A DNA stretch of 63,562 bases, filler included, from Pelomyxa schiedti (taxonomy: Eukaryota; Protista; Evosea), in NCBI GenBank assembly GCA_020536535.1. It is 3 parts of 3 records of this genome, joined end to end, with 100 filler letters (N's around TTAATTAATTAA, not from the genome) between each part and the next. Parts side by side here need not be neighbours in the genome. Positions count along the whole stretch, not along the records: positions 1 to 26,594 come from JAHLWZ010000695.1; positions 26,695 to 48,863 come from JAHLWZ010001066.1; 1 more part is not named here. The stretch is one strand, 5' to 3'. Position 1 is the first letter of the stretch. Each line of letters begins with the position of its first letter. Below the pieces are notes generated by a model. That model ran no database searches, had not been told where the DNA came from, and saw only the letters and a list, made by a program, of their open reading frames with translations. Of the stretch, positions 22,906 through 34,425 are shown one piece after another. The position numbers and the translations under genes are program-made.

Positions 22906-25900
22906 ATGACAACACAACGGCAGTACAAGGCCATGAGTGATGCGTGCCAGCGTGGCACCATGCCCGAGTTGCCACCGTCACCCACGTGGGACATCAACAC
23001 CCCCATCAATGATCTTGGTAGCACCATACTTCACATTGCGTGCCGCCACGGACACGAGTCGGTTGTTGGGCAGCTCCTTGCCGTGGGTGCGTCACGCGAC
23101 CCCCCGATCGACCCAAGCAAACCCAACGGTTTTGGTGTGACGCCACTGCGTCTCGCTGCTAGTCAGGGCCACGAGGCAGTGGTGAGGATGTTGGTGGCAA
23201 GACCTGATGTGGATGTGAACAAGGAGTGCCCACTGGCCAGCGCATGTCGGTGTCGCCACATGGGTGTTGTGGTGGCGTTGCTTGAGTGCCCACGTGTGGA
23301 CGTCAACTTGGTGGCGAGAACAACACAAGTATACCAGTCTATTAATGGTCAAACAGCACTGCACGTTGCTTGTGAGGAGGGATTCGTGGAAGGGGTGAAG
23401 GTTCTGCTCAAAGTCAATGGAATTGACACAAACTGCAAGAACGGCAAAGGTGAAACACCACTTGATGTGGCAACAAGAAAGAACCACACTAATATCTGCA
23501 ACCTCTTGATGGATCACAACGCGAGCAGAATTGTGCAACCCTCAAAGCCCACCTTCCCACCACCACAACAACAAGCACCACCCACAGCAACAACAACGAC
23601 GGCAGCAAGAAACAGGGAAATCACTACTGAAACACAGCAGCAGAGTGGTAACCAAACCCTCCAAATTTCAAATATCAACGTGCACGCACCTCACTCACAC
23701 CATCTTTATGTTCAAAAGAAGAAATCAGAGAACTGAACACACAATTGGAGGGTGAAAATGCAAAGAACCTGAAGCTTCTCCATGATGGAAGGCAACTCAA
23801 CCAAGAAAGATTTGATGGCTCAACTGCAAAGAACCATGGTTTTTTCACCTCCTTTCTTCTCTGAAACACTTTGCACTTCTCACCCCACACCACCGTTTTC
23901 TTCAAAACGAACTCAAACATTGTGCTGAAGAAATCAAAGAACTGAAGGCACGAATCACACAACTGGAGGAAGAAAACACAAAGAACCTGAAGCTTCTCCA
24001 TGATGAAAGACAGCTCAACCAAAAAAGATTTGATGATTCAACTGCAAAGATCAAGGGTTTTAACCTCCTTTCTTCTCTCTTTGAGAACCCCACTTTTTTT
24101 CCTTCTAACGAACAAACAAAAAAGAGCTGATGGAACAGATCTCCACACTGGAGGAAGAAAGTGCCGAGAACCTGAAGATTTTTTGTGATGAAAGAGCATC
24201 TGATCAAAACCGTTTGTTTCTTCACATTCACAACACATAACTTTTTCAATCAACCAACAAGCATTGCTCTCTCTAACTGTCAATGGCAGACACGAATCAC
24301 ATGATGTCACATGTTGAACAAGGAGGCGGCACGTGGTGCAACATTCTCCCTGAAAACAATAACAACAACTGCAAATGCTTGCCAGTCAGGATTGTGTTTG
24401 AGGACCTTGCCTCTTTTGATGAAATTGTGTGTGCCTCCTGTCCTCTTCAAATGGTACGTATTAATGTTCCTTCCTCGTTGTTTGTGTGATTTGTTGCTCA
24501 CTTGGCTGTGCTTGTGTGGGAAAAAAACGTACCAACCAAATTCCCCTGCAGGTTGTGAAAATCATCATCTCAAGGAAGTTTGGAGTTGAACCGACACAAC
24601 AACTCATTTTCATTGTTGGTTCAGATAACAACTCTGGAGTGGAGGAACTGTTGAGTGATCCATCCAGAACCTTGGAAGAAATTCATCAACAACAGCAAGG
24701 CAACTGCAGCAGCACAAACAGAGTGGTTGTGTCAATTCAAGTGCGAATCAAATCAAGCATGACAATTCAAGAGAAAGACTTGAAAGTTGTTTCCACACTT
24801 GGAGTTGGATCGTATGGGACTGTTTTCAAGTGCTCCTTGTTCCTTCCCCACAACAACACAGCAGCAGCAACATCTTCCTCCTCCTCAACATCATCAGAAA
24901 TAACAACTACAACAACATCACTTGTGGCAGTGAAATCACTTCACGAAAGCATAAAATCCGAGTTCAACATCACCAGGTTTCAGCAAGAAGCTCTGGTGAG
25001 CTTGTGTGTCTGTGTGTGAGCAAGAGCTGTGTAATCGATGATCCTGCGTGTTGGAAAAAAATTTGCTCACCACATCTCCCACAGATTTCGTCGAGCTTGA
25101 GGCACCCAAACATTGTGAGATGCCTTGGAACGTGCATCACAAGCACAGGGTCACTCTGGATCGTCTCTGAACTCATGGAATTGAGCCTCAGGCAGCTCCT
25201 TCATCATGTTTGTTTGGCTCTTCATTCTCCCACACACCACCCTCGAAGTTAAACTTCTTCTTTTGACACTGACACCCACAACACACACATCAGAAAAGTT
25301 TGACATTTGTGGAAGTTGTTGCGATCTCTTCAGGAATTGCCAAAGGAATGACTGCCCTTCACTTGTTTGTGATTTCGTCTTGCCTCTTTTCAATTTATGT
25401 TTTAATTAAAGTACTGCGGTATTAACTGTGTTTAAACACAAACACACAGGAGGAATATCATGCACCGGGACCTGAGCAGCAACAACGTTCTCCTGGATTC
25501 TTGTGGAACTCCAAAAATCGCTGATTTCGGTTTTTCTCTCTCTCCATCACTTCATTCCAATTTGACGCGATCACCAAAGGAGTGTCAAGAGCCAGCGTCG
25601 GAAATGCTCTCCCTGGTGGACATAGACCAACAGCACTTGGTACTTTCACCAACGGTGCAGGAACGCCGATTTACCTGCCACCACAGATGCACTCTCGTCA
25701 CTACGGAATTCAAGGTTGGTGGTGAATTCTCTAATTCCGGTTGTTGTTCTGACACTGATGATCGCAGGAGACATGTGGGAGTTTGCAGTTTTGTTGAGTG
25801 AACTTCTGCAGGGCACCGTACCGGAGGTCACACTCCCCAAGTCCTTTGCCAAAATGGGTGAGTTTATGAAGCTCCAGAGGTCATCGCTGTCGTCCCCTGA

Positions 25901-26506
25901 AATTTCCGGTTCGTTTCTCACAACAACACACACACACAACACAGGGTTGGTTCTCTCTCCCCCGTCATCTCCCGTGACTCACAACAACACACAGAAGTGG
26001 ACCGGCTTTGCGGTGACGTTGGAGACATGCCCATTGCTGAGTGCCTCAGCCGTAGGATCGCAATCATTTCGGCGTTGCGACGTGATCCCAAGATGAACAA
26101 CAACAACAACAACGAGCACCGGGCGTGCGTTGGTCTGTTCTCTCTCGTTGTTGAGTCCTGCCTCTCAATCCTCGGTTCGTTGTTCTTCTTTCCAGTCCCT
26201 TATCCACTGTACAAACAAACACACCACACAGAGATCAACCGGCCGCCATTCCCGGCGATCGAGAAAATGCTGATGACATGTGCGGAGATGGCGTTCACAA
26301 CAACAAGCAGCAGCCCCACAGGCACACGCGCACCAACCACGGCAACAACAGCAAGCACGAGCACGAGCACGAGCACGAGCACCACAGGCTCGGCACCACC
26401 GTCGTTGGGCAGCACCCCCTGGCCCTCGTCTGCAACCACCACGGAGCACATTGCCACTTGCCTCGCGGGGATAGTTGCGTCTCTCCTCCCAGATTCCAAC
26501 TCGTAG
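22906..26506 (+). CDS. Ankyrin/coiled-coil/ubiquitin-like/TKL kinase, family copy 4 (complete)
   Basis: About five ankyrin repeats in one exon (GSTILHIAC, GVTPLRLAA, GQTALHVAC, GETPLDVA), three coiled-coil exons, UBL, and a kinase with HRDLSSNN, KIADFG, GTPIYLPPQ. TAG at 26504-26506. Confidence 0.88.
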
Positions 26507-26594
26507 TCAGAAACTGTCCCGAATCTTGTGCTGCAGGGCACCTGGGGTTTTCCGTTCCAACAACATTTTACAGCACCGACAAGAGTTGTCTGCG

Positions 26595-26694
26595 NNNNNN
26601 NNNNNNNNNNNNNNNNNNNNNNNNNNNNNNNNNNNNNNTTAATTAATTAANNNNNNNNNNNNNNNNNNNNNNNNNNNNNNNNNNNNNNNNNNNN
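26595..26694. other. Artificial contig linker (N-TTAATTAATTAA-N)
   Basis: A 12-mer with stops in all six frames embedded in Ns; the same linker occurs at 48864-48963. Confidence 0.95.
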
Positions 26695-27058
26695 TGGCCT
26701 CAGCCCGGCTCTCGACCTTGTTGAACTTGGCGGCGCAGGCCTCTTCCCACGCAGCCGTGGCGTCGATGAAAGCCTCGGCAGTGCAGTTTCGCGAGTCGTG
26801 GAACCACGTCAAATTGCGGACTTGCGAACCAGTCCAGATCCCCCAGTTCACTGGCGATGAGACGACGCAAGGCCCGCCTTGGTTGTATCTGCACATGTCA
26901 CGCAGGAAAATGGCTTCGGTCTGGCACGGTCGGCCCATTGCAATTTTTGAGCCTGTGACCTCCTCCACGACTGTCACTGCTGCAGTTGCAATGGCAGCAA
27001 CGGCGTGAGCAGCAACTGCTCCAATGACTGGGTGTGGATGATCAGAATCCGGTTGCAT
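26695..27058 (-). CDS. 5' fragment of a probable metzincin (matrixin/astacin-like) metalloprotease
   Basis: W....NLTWF...AFIDATAAWEEACAAKFNKV resembles the start of M10/M12A catalytic domains. It is truncated by the contig end before any HExxH motif. Confidence 0.45.
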
Positions 27059-27411
27059 TTGTTTTGTTTGTTGCTTGGGGTGTTTTTCTTTTTTGTGTGT
27101 ATTGGCTGGTGCGTTTAAAAACCCTTTCTTTTTTAACTTCCTGGAAGGCTGTGTTTCCGAAAATTGTGTGCTGATGAAATACCGTAAAACACAGAGGAAG
27201 TGTTCACTGACTTCTGTGTCTTTTTTGGTTTCTCTGAAGTTTCTGTCACCAGGCTGGTGATCTGGAAAATGCAAAACCATTTTCTACAAATTCAAAAGAC
27301 TTAAGTGATGTCTTCACGAAAAAGAAACGCAAACACCTGTTTGTCTAGTTACAAGGATTCTTTTTACCACTTAAAAACAAGGTGTGGGGAGATGAAGTGG
27401 CCAGCTGTGTT

Positions 27412-27894
27412 TTAGCTCTTCTTGAAAGTCACAGCCCCACTGCGAGCAGCAGAGCATCGCTGGTCGATTTGACCAGAAGAATTGAGACTGACTTCGCCCG
27501 AACGAACAGAAGAACATCTTCTATCAACAGTCCCACTGCTGGTATAAAACAGGCTTCCATCTCTAACCATAGAACAGCGGCCGTCGACGGGAATAGTTGG
27601 GGGTGCAACTCCCAGGATATGGTCTGGTGTGTAGGGGTACTGTGCCCCCTTGCTCAGGTTCTGGTTGTGCTGAACAGCATCAAGATTCCGGATGCTGTTG
27701 GACCCCCCATCATTGAGGGGGTGGCGGTGATCGACGTCCCAGGCCATCTGGCTTTGTGTCCCCCGGGCATTGTGAGAGATAAGATTGCCATAGGGATCCA
27801 TTCGATAATTGTCCGGGTCCATCCCAGGTACTGTCTGGGCTCTGTCCCATACACGGTCCACTTGCCACTGAGGAATGTACTGTCTGTCAGACAT
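27412..27894 (-). CDS. Intronless HNH endonuclease with three C-terminal 19-aa repeats
   Basis: WDVDHRHPLNDGGSNSIRNLDAVQHNQNLSK (HNH) preceded by VWDRA..VPGMDP..YRMDPYGN. Repeats of (V/I)DxRCSx(V/A)RxG. Confidence 0.85.
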   Translation of the reverse strand: MSDRQYIPQWQVDRVWDRAQTVPGMDPDNYRMDPYGNLISHNARGTQSQMAWDVDHRHPLNDGGSNSIRNLDAVQHNQNLSKGAQYPYTPDHILGVAPPTIPVDGRCSMVRDGSLFYTSSGTVDRRCSSVRSGEVSLNSSGQIDQRCSAARSGAVTFKKS

Positions 27895-28322
27895 CGGATT
27901 GGTGCTGTTGTTTATGTGTGTTTGGGTTTTTATAATGGTATAAGGATTTTACCTCGGCACGCTTATAAATCAGTGTCGCGCACAACTTGCCGCAGGTCGG
28001 CCACAACTTGGCAGAAGTTTCTGGTAACTCATCAGGCACCTAGTAAGGAAGACAAGGCCCCTGTGTTGATTGATGACTGTCCAATTCGGTGGATTTTTCC
28101 TCTGTAGCTACCAACAACCAAACTGGAGGTCTCCAAGAGCCATTTTGGCCCAAGACTCCGGTTCGAAGAAAGCAAAGGTCTGTTCCAGTAACAGGCAAAA
28201 CCCAATTACAAACAACCAATTTGTCCTTTGTTGCTGTGCATCCCACGCCCCGCGTGTGAGTGGCACCCACACAACGCAATTTCATCCCACAATAACTCGC
28301 CAAAACCAGCACAATACGACAA

Positions 28323-31300
28323 ATGACATCGAGGTACGGGCGCCTCTCCGTGGCGTCGTCGGACACTTCGCCCTCGTCTCCTGTCGTGGTGCAATCGATC
28401 CCGCCCACCGCCACAAGCGACGTCGCGACCCTCGCCGTGCCCGCCGCCTCCTTCCGCCGTCGCACCAGCAACAACAGCATCCAGTCTACTACTACGAGTA
28501 GTAGCAGCACTGTTAATACAAGCGCGAGTACTACGGCTGCTTCTGGGGCTTCTTCTGGGCATCACAGCCACGGCCACACCACCCACAGCAGCAGCAAGGC
28601 GTCGTCGTCGCACTCGTCGTCGTCATCGTCGCACGCGCACGGGGGCGAGGCCTCGTCGACGTCCACGTCGTCCCGCGGCGCTGCGTCGACGTCGCTGGCA
28701 ATCCCGATTAGCCCGCAGCACCACTCGTCCCATAAGTCCTCCTCGTCGTCCCACCGCCGGCAGTCTGCGTCCCCGCCGCCTCTGAAGAGGGGCGACGGCG
28801 CCAGTTCGAATTCCAGCGGGTGCGGTAACGGTTCCGCCGCGGCGCCGGGGGCCACGACGCATTGTGGGTCCTACACACCTGGCTCCTGCATGGATGCATT
28901 TAACAGGCCTACTTCACTGTCATTTTCAGTTGCTGTAACTGTTGCACCAACTCCTCCTCCACCTACTATATCTCCACCACCTCCACCTCCCCCACTCACG
29001 CCTTCCCCGCCTTGCGTGATTCCGCAGTTGCTTTTGCCGTTCTCTGCGGAAATTCCACCGCCGCCGATTCCTCCCCTAATTCTACCTGATGTGCCGCCGC
29101 CTCCTCTGCCGAGCTTGCCTGTGTCTGCTTCTAATGGGTCTGGCTCTGGTGCCATTTCTCTGCAGCATATTCCCAGTTCACCTCTGATCAACAATATTCC
29201 CATTCCTTCCTGCCCGTCTCCGCTGCCTCCATCGACACCACCTCTGGTTCCACTAATTCCTCCTCCACCATCTCACAGCCACGTGCAGGCGATACCCCCG
29301 ACCCCTAGGGGAAACCCCAAAGGGAGGGACCAGTCAAGTCCAGCACCTTCAGCTCGGACTAGCCCGTCTGCATCCCCCAGTCTCTCAGTGGCGACCTTGC
29401 ACAGCCCACAGAGCCCGCAAAAAACTCACGTTCTGCACCCAATCCCAGTCATTCCTACTCTACGCTTGCATCCCAACTCCCCATCTTCTAGTCCGGCTAC
29501 ACCTTCGCCTTCGTCTTCACCATCCATCACTCACTCTCCCTCACCAACTACTCCACAAACACAATACACTGTTTTTATTCCTCCACCTCTTACAACAATA
29601 ACTTCTACTTCTTCTCCCGGTACCACACCGCATGTGAATTCCTCTGCCCCAATGTGTATAGCCACTCCCCGACCACGAGGCTTGTCAACAAGCCCAACAG
29701 CAAGTCCAACTCCACCCCACAGAATTAGGCCATCTCTCTCACCATCTCCAAGACCACCCCCAACTCCGAGAAATGCCTCGAGACATCCCAACTTGACAGA
29801 GGTAAGAAGAATATCAAGTGACTCGCGTTCCTAATGTAATACAACAGCTGTTACTTGCTCCAAAATTGGAAATTGTCTCAGCTCTGTGCCACTGTGTGAT
29901 TGCTCAAGAGAAAATGGTCGACTACTCCACAACTGGGACTTTACTGATAAAGGTTTTTCCTTTGCACTTCATTTTCCATGCTAATTGAAAACCAAAGTTT
30001 TTTTCGAGTTTTCATCAACTTCAGAGATTGTTGCAGCATGTAGTGCACCTGCAAGTCACAGTGACCCGTATGTTCCAATCCCTACAATTACTGCACTTAG
30101 AGCTTAATCAGACGATTCTGGAACTCTCTTCAGGGGTTTAAATGCTGCATCACGAGTTTTATCTGCTTTTTATCACTTGGAAGCACACAAATACTTAGTT
30201 GGATTACTTCAGCCAACTATCAGTGCAATATACACCCGATATAAAAACTTAGAGGTGGGTACTCCCTCAAAACAATTTGTGGTAATCTTTTGATGAAAAG
30301 CCTGATCCAATAAAACTGGAAAACCCAGAGCAAGCATCTCAGAATTGTAGAGAGTTACAGGATTTGATGCAACAACTTGTTGTACACCTTTTAAATTCTA
30401 TTGATGAGTGTCCCCTGTGTGTACTTCATCCCTTGCCAAAGTCATCAGCCTCATATACCTAGAAATCTTCGTAAAATTCTAAAGATTGCTGATTTGGAAA
30501 TAAAAACCAAGTGGCCTGACATATCAATGACTGTTACTGTTGGGGGTTTTTTCTTTCTCCGCTTTATTGCTCCTGCTTTAGTTGCACCCCACACATATGG
30601 TCTTGCCTCATGTAACCTGCAAATAAATTCTTTTGTCACGTTTGTTGATTTATCTCAAGGTGAACCATCTGTTGAAATACAGCGCATACTTTTTATTGTC
30701 ACAAAGGCGTTTCAGTGTATGGCGTCTGGAAGTGGCATTGGTACTTTGGGTAGCATTGATACATACTCCAGAACTTTGTGGCTCTACATACAGTCCAAAC
30801 TGGGAGATGTTAATTCTTTCTTCCGGACTTTAGTTGTAAGCGTTCTTGGGCGACTTCCTTTCCCATTTCCCCTCTAAGATTTTCCTAAGGATGTCACTAT
30901 CGATGATGATGGTCCCTTGGAGTACCTTGATAAACCAATTGAACCACCCGAAGTTGCCGAAACTCTTCTGGGGTTACACTCTAGAATTAAGGCGTTTATG
31001 CCAGAAATAAAGGATTGGATTACTCAACAGTATCCAATAAGTGGGCCGGTGTGTTGTTTTTGACTATCTATAATACTCGTACACCACATCCCGACTATTG
31101 AAAGCAAGCTTAAAAATCTTAGAGTATTGTCGATCAACTGAAGAAAATAAATGGAGATAGTGTCTTTGTTGTGTCTCAGCAAGCACAATACACACCTGAT
31201 ATCTCAGAATATTCTTCAGAAGAGACAAAAAAAGCAATTTGTGGTACCATTGACTGCTACAGTAGGGTTTGTGCCCCTTTTCCTCCACCTTCCCGTACTG

Positions 31301-32431
31301 ACTCCACTATCAGGCTTGGGACAAGAAACTGCAGCGAGTGCAAAAACAATGTACCACACTTCAAGAACAAAGAACCGCGAGAGAACTCGAAATTACTCAG
31401 AACCAGAATGATATTGCTGGTATTCCTCTCTTTGCACTCAGATTTTTTTCACCATTCTCAGGGAATTCCAATACCCGCAAGGATATGATGAGCCAAATTG
31501 ACGCCTTTTCCTCAAAGAGCATAACCCTGAGTACAAACATTGTCACTTTAAGGCAACAAATCGAGCAGGAAAGAAGGCAACGAAAGCGTTGCGTTAAGTC
31601 TCTGAAAAAGATCAGAAAGGTGTTTTTAAAAGTAAAACCTCCATCCGTGGAAGCAAAATCTGAAGGTTCAGGGCCATTGAAGCTTTTACCATTACCTAAC
31701 TTTCTCTGACAGGAATATGGAGTGACATTGCAAAACTCTTGGTGCCTCTTATTTCTGGGAAAGAGCCAGACTTTTTCCTTATGGCTAAGCTGCCCAAAGT
31801 GAAGATCGCTCCAAGTTCCACACCCTCTCTGCCTTTGACACCCACTTTCAACAACGCAGCTCCAGTGACTGGGACTCCTGCAACGTACACAGGCACCTCG
31901 TCTACCGGATTTGGCGAGAATGACAATGTAAGTTCGCGGTCTGCGCAGCACCTACGCCCGCACGCGGCCTCTGTTGTGGGAACCCCCAGCTTCTCCCTAT
32001 TCACTCCCATAATGGCCTCTCCCTCAATGCAGTCGTCCTCAGTGCTTCGGAGCGCATCGCCGAGCTCGTGCTCCTCCCGCAGTTCATCAACATCACCTAA
32101 CCTTCCACCGGCATTTGGCACCACTGAGAAGCCGGCAACATCAGCATCTCCCCACCTAAATACCAACTCATCCCCATCACTGGGTATAGAAGCAAACACC
32201 CCTAGACCCCCCACTACAACAACAACTACTACAACTAGTACTACAACAACAACACTTAGACAGTCAACTAACAATAATACCTTCCTATCCCTGAAAGGGG
32301 CGGCAGAAGTGCCACTTGTAATAACACACTTAGCTCCAAATTCAGCCCCCAAAACACCCGTTCTGCCTGAGGAAGTGAAGTCAAAGTATGCTATCAACCT
32401 CGTGCCTAAACAATCACTTATCACTTCTTAG
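28323..32431 (+). CDS. RasGAP with Pro/Ser-rich N-terminus and C-terminal coiled coil/low-complexity tail
   Basis: Arginine-finger segment TLFRG (about 30122-30136) and signature GGFFFLRFIAPALVAPHTYGL; multi-exon. Confidence 0.88.
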
Positions 32432-32617
32432 ACAAACCCAAGGCAGACGCTGGTTTAGAACGAGACGTAGTGACAAAAAAGACTAGCTTACCAACCTACA
32501 CATTAACCTTATTATTATGTACAGATGTATGCCTATGTGGCCTATGTTATTCTCCAATGTATGGGGAGAACAAGAAAAAGAATTTTTTTTAAAATTTAAA
32601 AAAAAACAGTCTTTCTG

Positions 32618-34220
32618 TTAGTGTTGGAACTCCAAGAAATGTGATGGATTAGTCCGATAGCAGTCCGCACCGTGCCTGGAGAATAGTCATTGAAATGAAA
32701 ATGGTAACAGAGTACATACGGGCAGAATGGAAGTTCACTGTACTGTAATTTAGGAAGCTTGGCATTCGGGGCTGATGGTTGCCCATCTTGCGCTGTTTTG
32801 TTGCTAGTCTGCAATGCACCACTTGTGTGTAGTGTAAAGGGGTACTGTCGAAGTAGCACCAATATCTGGTCGCCATCCGAAACGTTGTACTGAGTGCCTT
32901 TAAATAGAACAATTGGATCTGCCCCAGAACGCACAAGTGTGGACGGATTCTTGCCTCTCTAGAGGAAGATCAGAGTTGCAAGAAAAAAGGGAACGCACAG
33001 CCGTTACTACGACTTTCTCCAATGTAGTGTCCACAAAGACTTCTACTGTGATTGTTACTTTTATGTGCTTTTTGGGAGAGGGTTCAAACATTGGTTTCGG
33101 CTACACTTCGCGGAGTCGATTTCTAATCTTTCTCCTCTGCCTATCTGTGCACATTTAGATAATTAGAACAGTATTCGGTGAAAATTCAAGTAAATCTCAG
33201 ACCCACCACATTGGAACCAGGAGTAAGGTCAATTATTGTTCCATTTTCACTGGATAGCCAGGCCTTAAATCCCGAGCTGCTTGACACAGGATAATCTGGG
33301 TTTTTTAGTGGAAAATGAGATGATTAAGGAATCAACTTCGTTTTAGAGGTAAGTGGGGTTCATCTTCATCTGTTTCATCTGGATCAACTTCATGCTTGGG
33401 TTTGGCTGGTTTCGATGGTGAGTTGAGAAAAAAATTTGAAGTTGGCCGGCAAGAAGTGATGGGTTGTGTAGAAGGAATTGTGGGTTTGGTTGATGTTTTG
33501 GTTGTGGAAGATGGTGGTTTGTGTATAGTTGTTGTATCTTGGCTGGCGGAAATTGGCTCTACAAACAAGGTCAATAAGTTGCAAAAAAAGAAAAAAATTC
33601 AACTTGAAGCTGCTTTCTTCTTGGCTGGCTTTTTCCCACCAACTTGTTTGTACTGTGGGACTGATTCAGTGATTAGTTGCCGAATAATTTGTTGATCTAC
33701 AGAATTCAAACTATGTAAGAGCAAAGAATTTTGTTGAGAATGGAAAATAAAATGAGAGAAGAACCCTGAATTAGGATATACCATCTGGAGAGATACTCTC
33801 AAATCCATTTATATCCTCTTCCGATGTTATTTTTACGCTTTGGGCACGGGCTCTGATGAAAGCCTAGCCAAATTCAAATCGTATCAGGCACTTACAGTAA
33901 AAGTACTTAATTACCTCAAAAATGCACTTTGGATGATACCAGTCAGTCATAACTCCACCTTCAGTAAAACGTTCACAACTGTAAACTTTGCCAATTCTCA
34001 GTTCACCTTGGATCACCAATCAGCCTCACTTTTAAAAAAACCAACAAGAAGTGATGTGAAAAAGAACAATGTAAGTTACCCTTTGGAATGGACTTGTCAC
34101 CACATTTCTTTTGTTTGCACTGGAGTACCATGAGATAAACAAACCCATAATTACAATAAGGCATACAGCAGCTCGGGCACTTTTCGCGTATTCAACCACA
34201 TACGATGCCTCGGCACTCAT
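32618..34220 (-). CDS. PARP-type zinc finger + probable FHA-like + PBZ zinc finger protein (APLF-like)
   Basis: YVVEYAKSARAA|CKQKKC...WYHPKC (zf-PARP). C-terminal spliced LPFCPYGADCYRTNPSHFLEFQH* (PBZ). The central beta-rich segment LTPGSNVVG..KHIKVT..YNVSDGDQILVL is FHA-like. Confidence 0.75.
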
Positions 34221-34425
34221 CCCAACCTCCCTTTTTTTTTTCCCCGTAGAGTAACAGATCTAAGCACAGCCACCCTTCTCTGGGCACAGAACCACGATCA
34301 GCTCAAACAATTCCTCCTCCGAGTAGCATGCTTTCAGCAGGAGTTGGTCCCCAGGGCTCCCTCAGCAGTCCAATTAATATCTGCTAACAACTGCAAGGAG
34401 AACCAAACACCAAAGCAAGCAATAA

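Noticed and set aside
26639-26650. TTAATTAATTAA palindrome within Ns (also 48908-48919)
   Set aside because: Artificial six-frame-stop contig linker. Genes on either side are not biologically adjacent.
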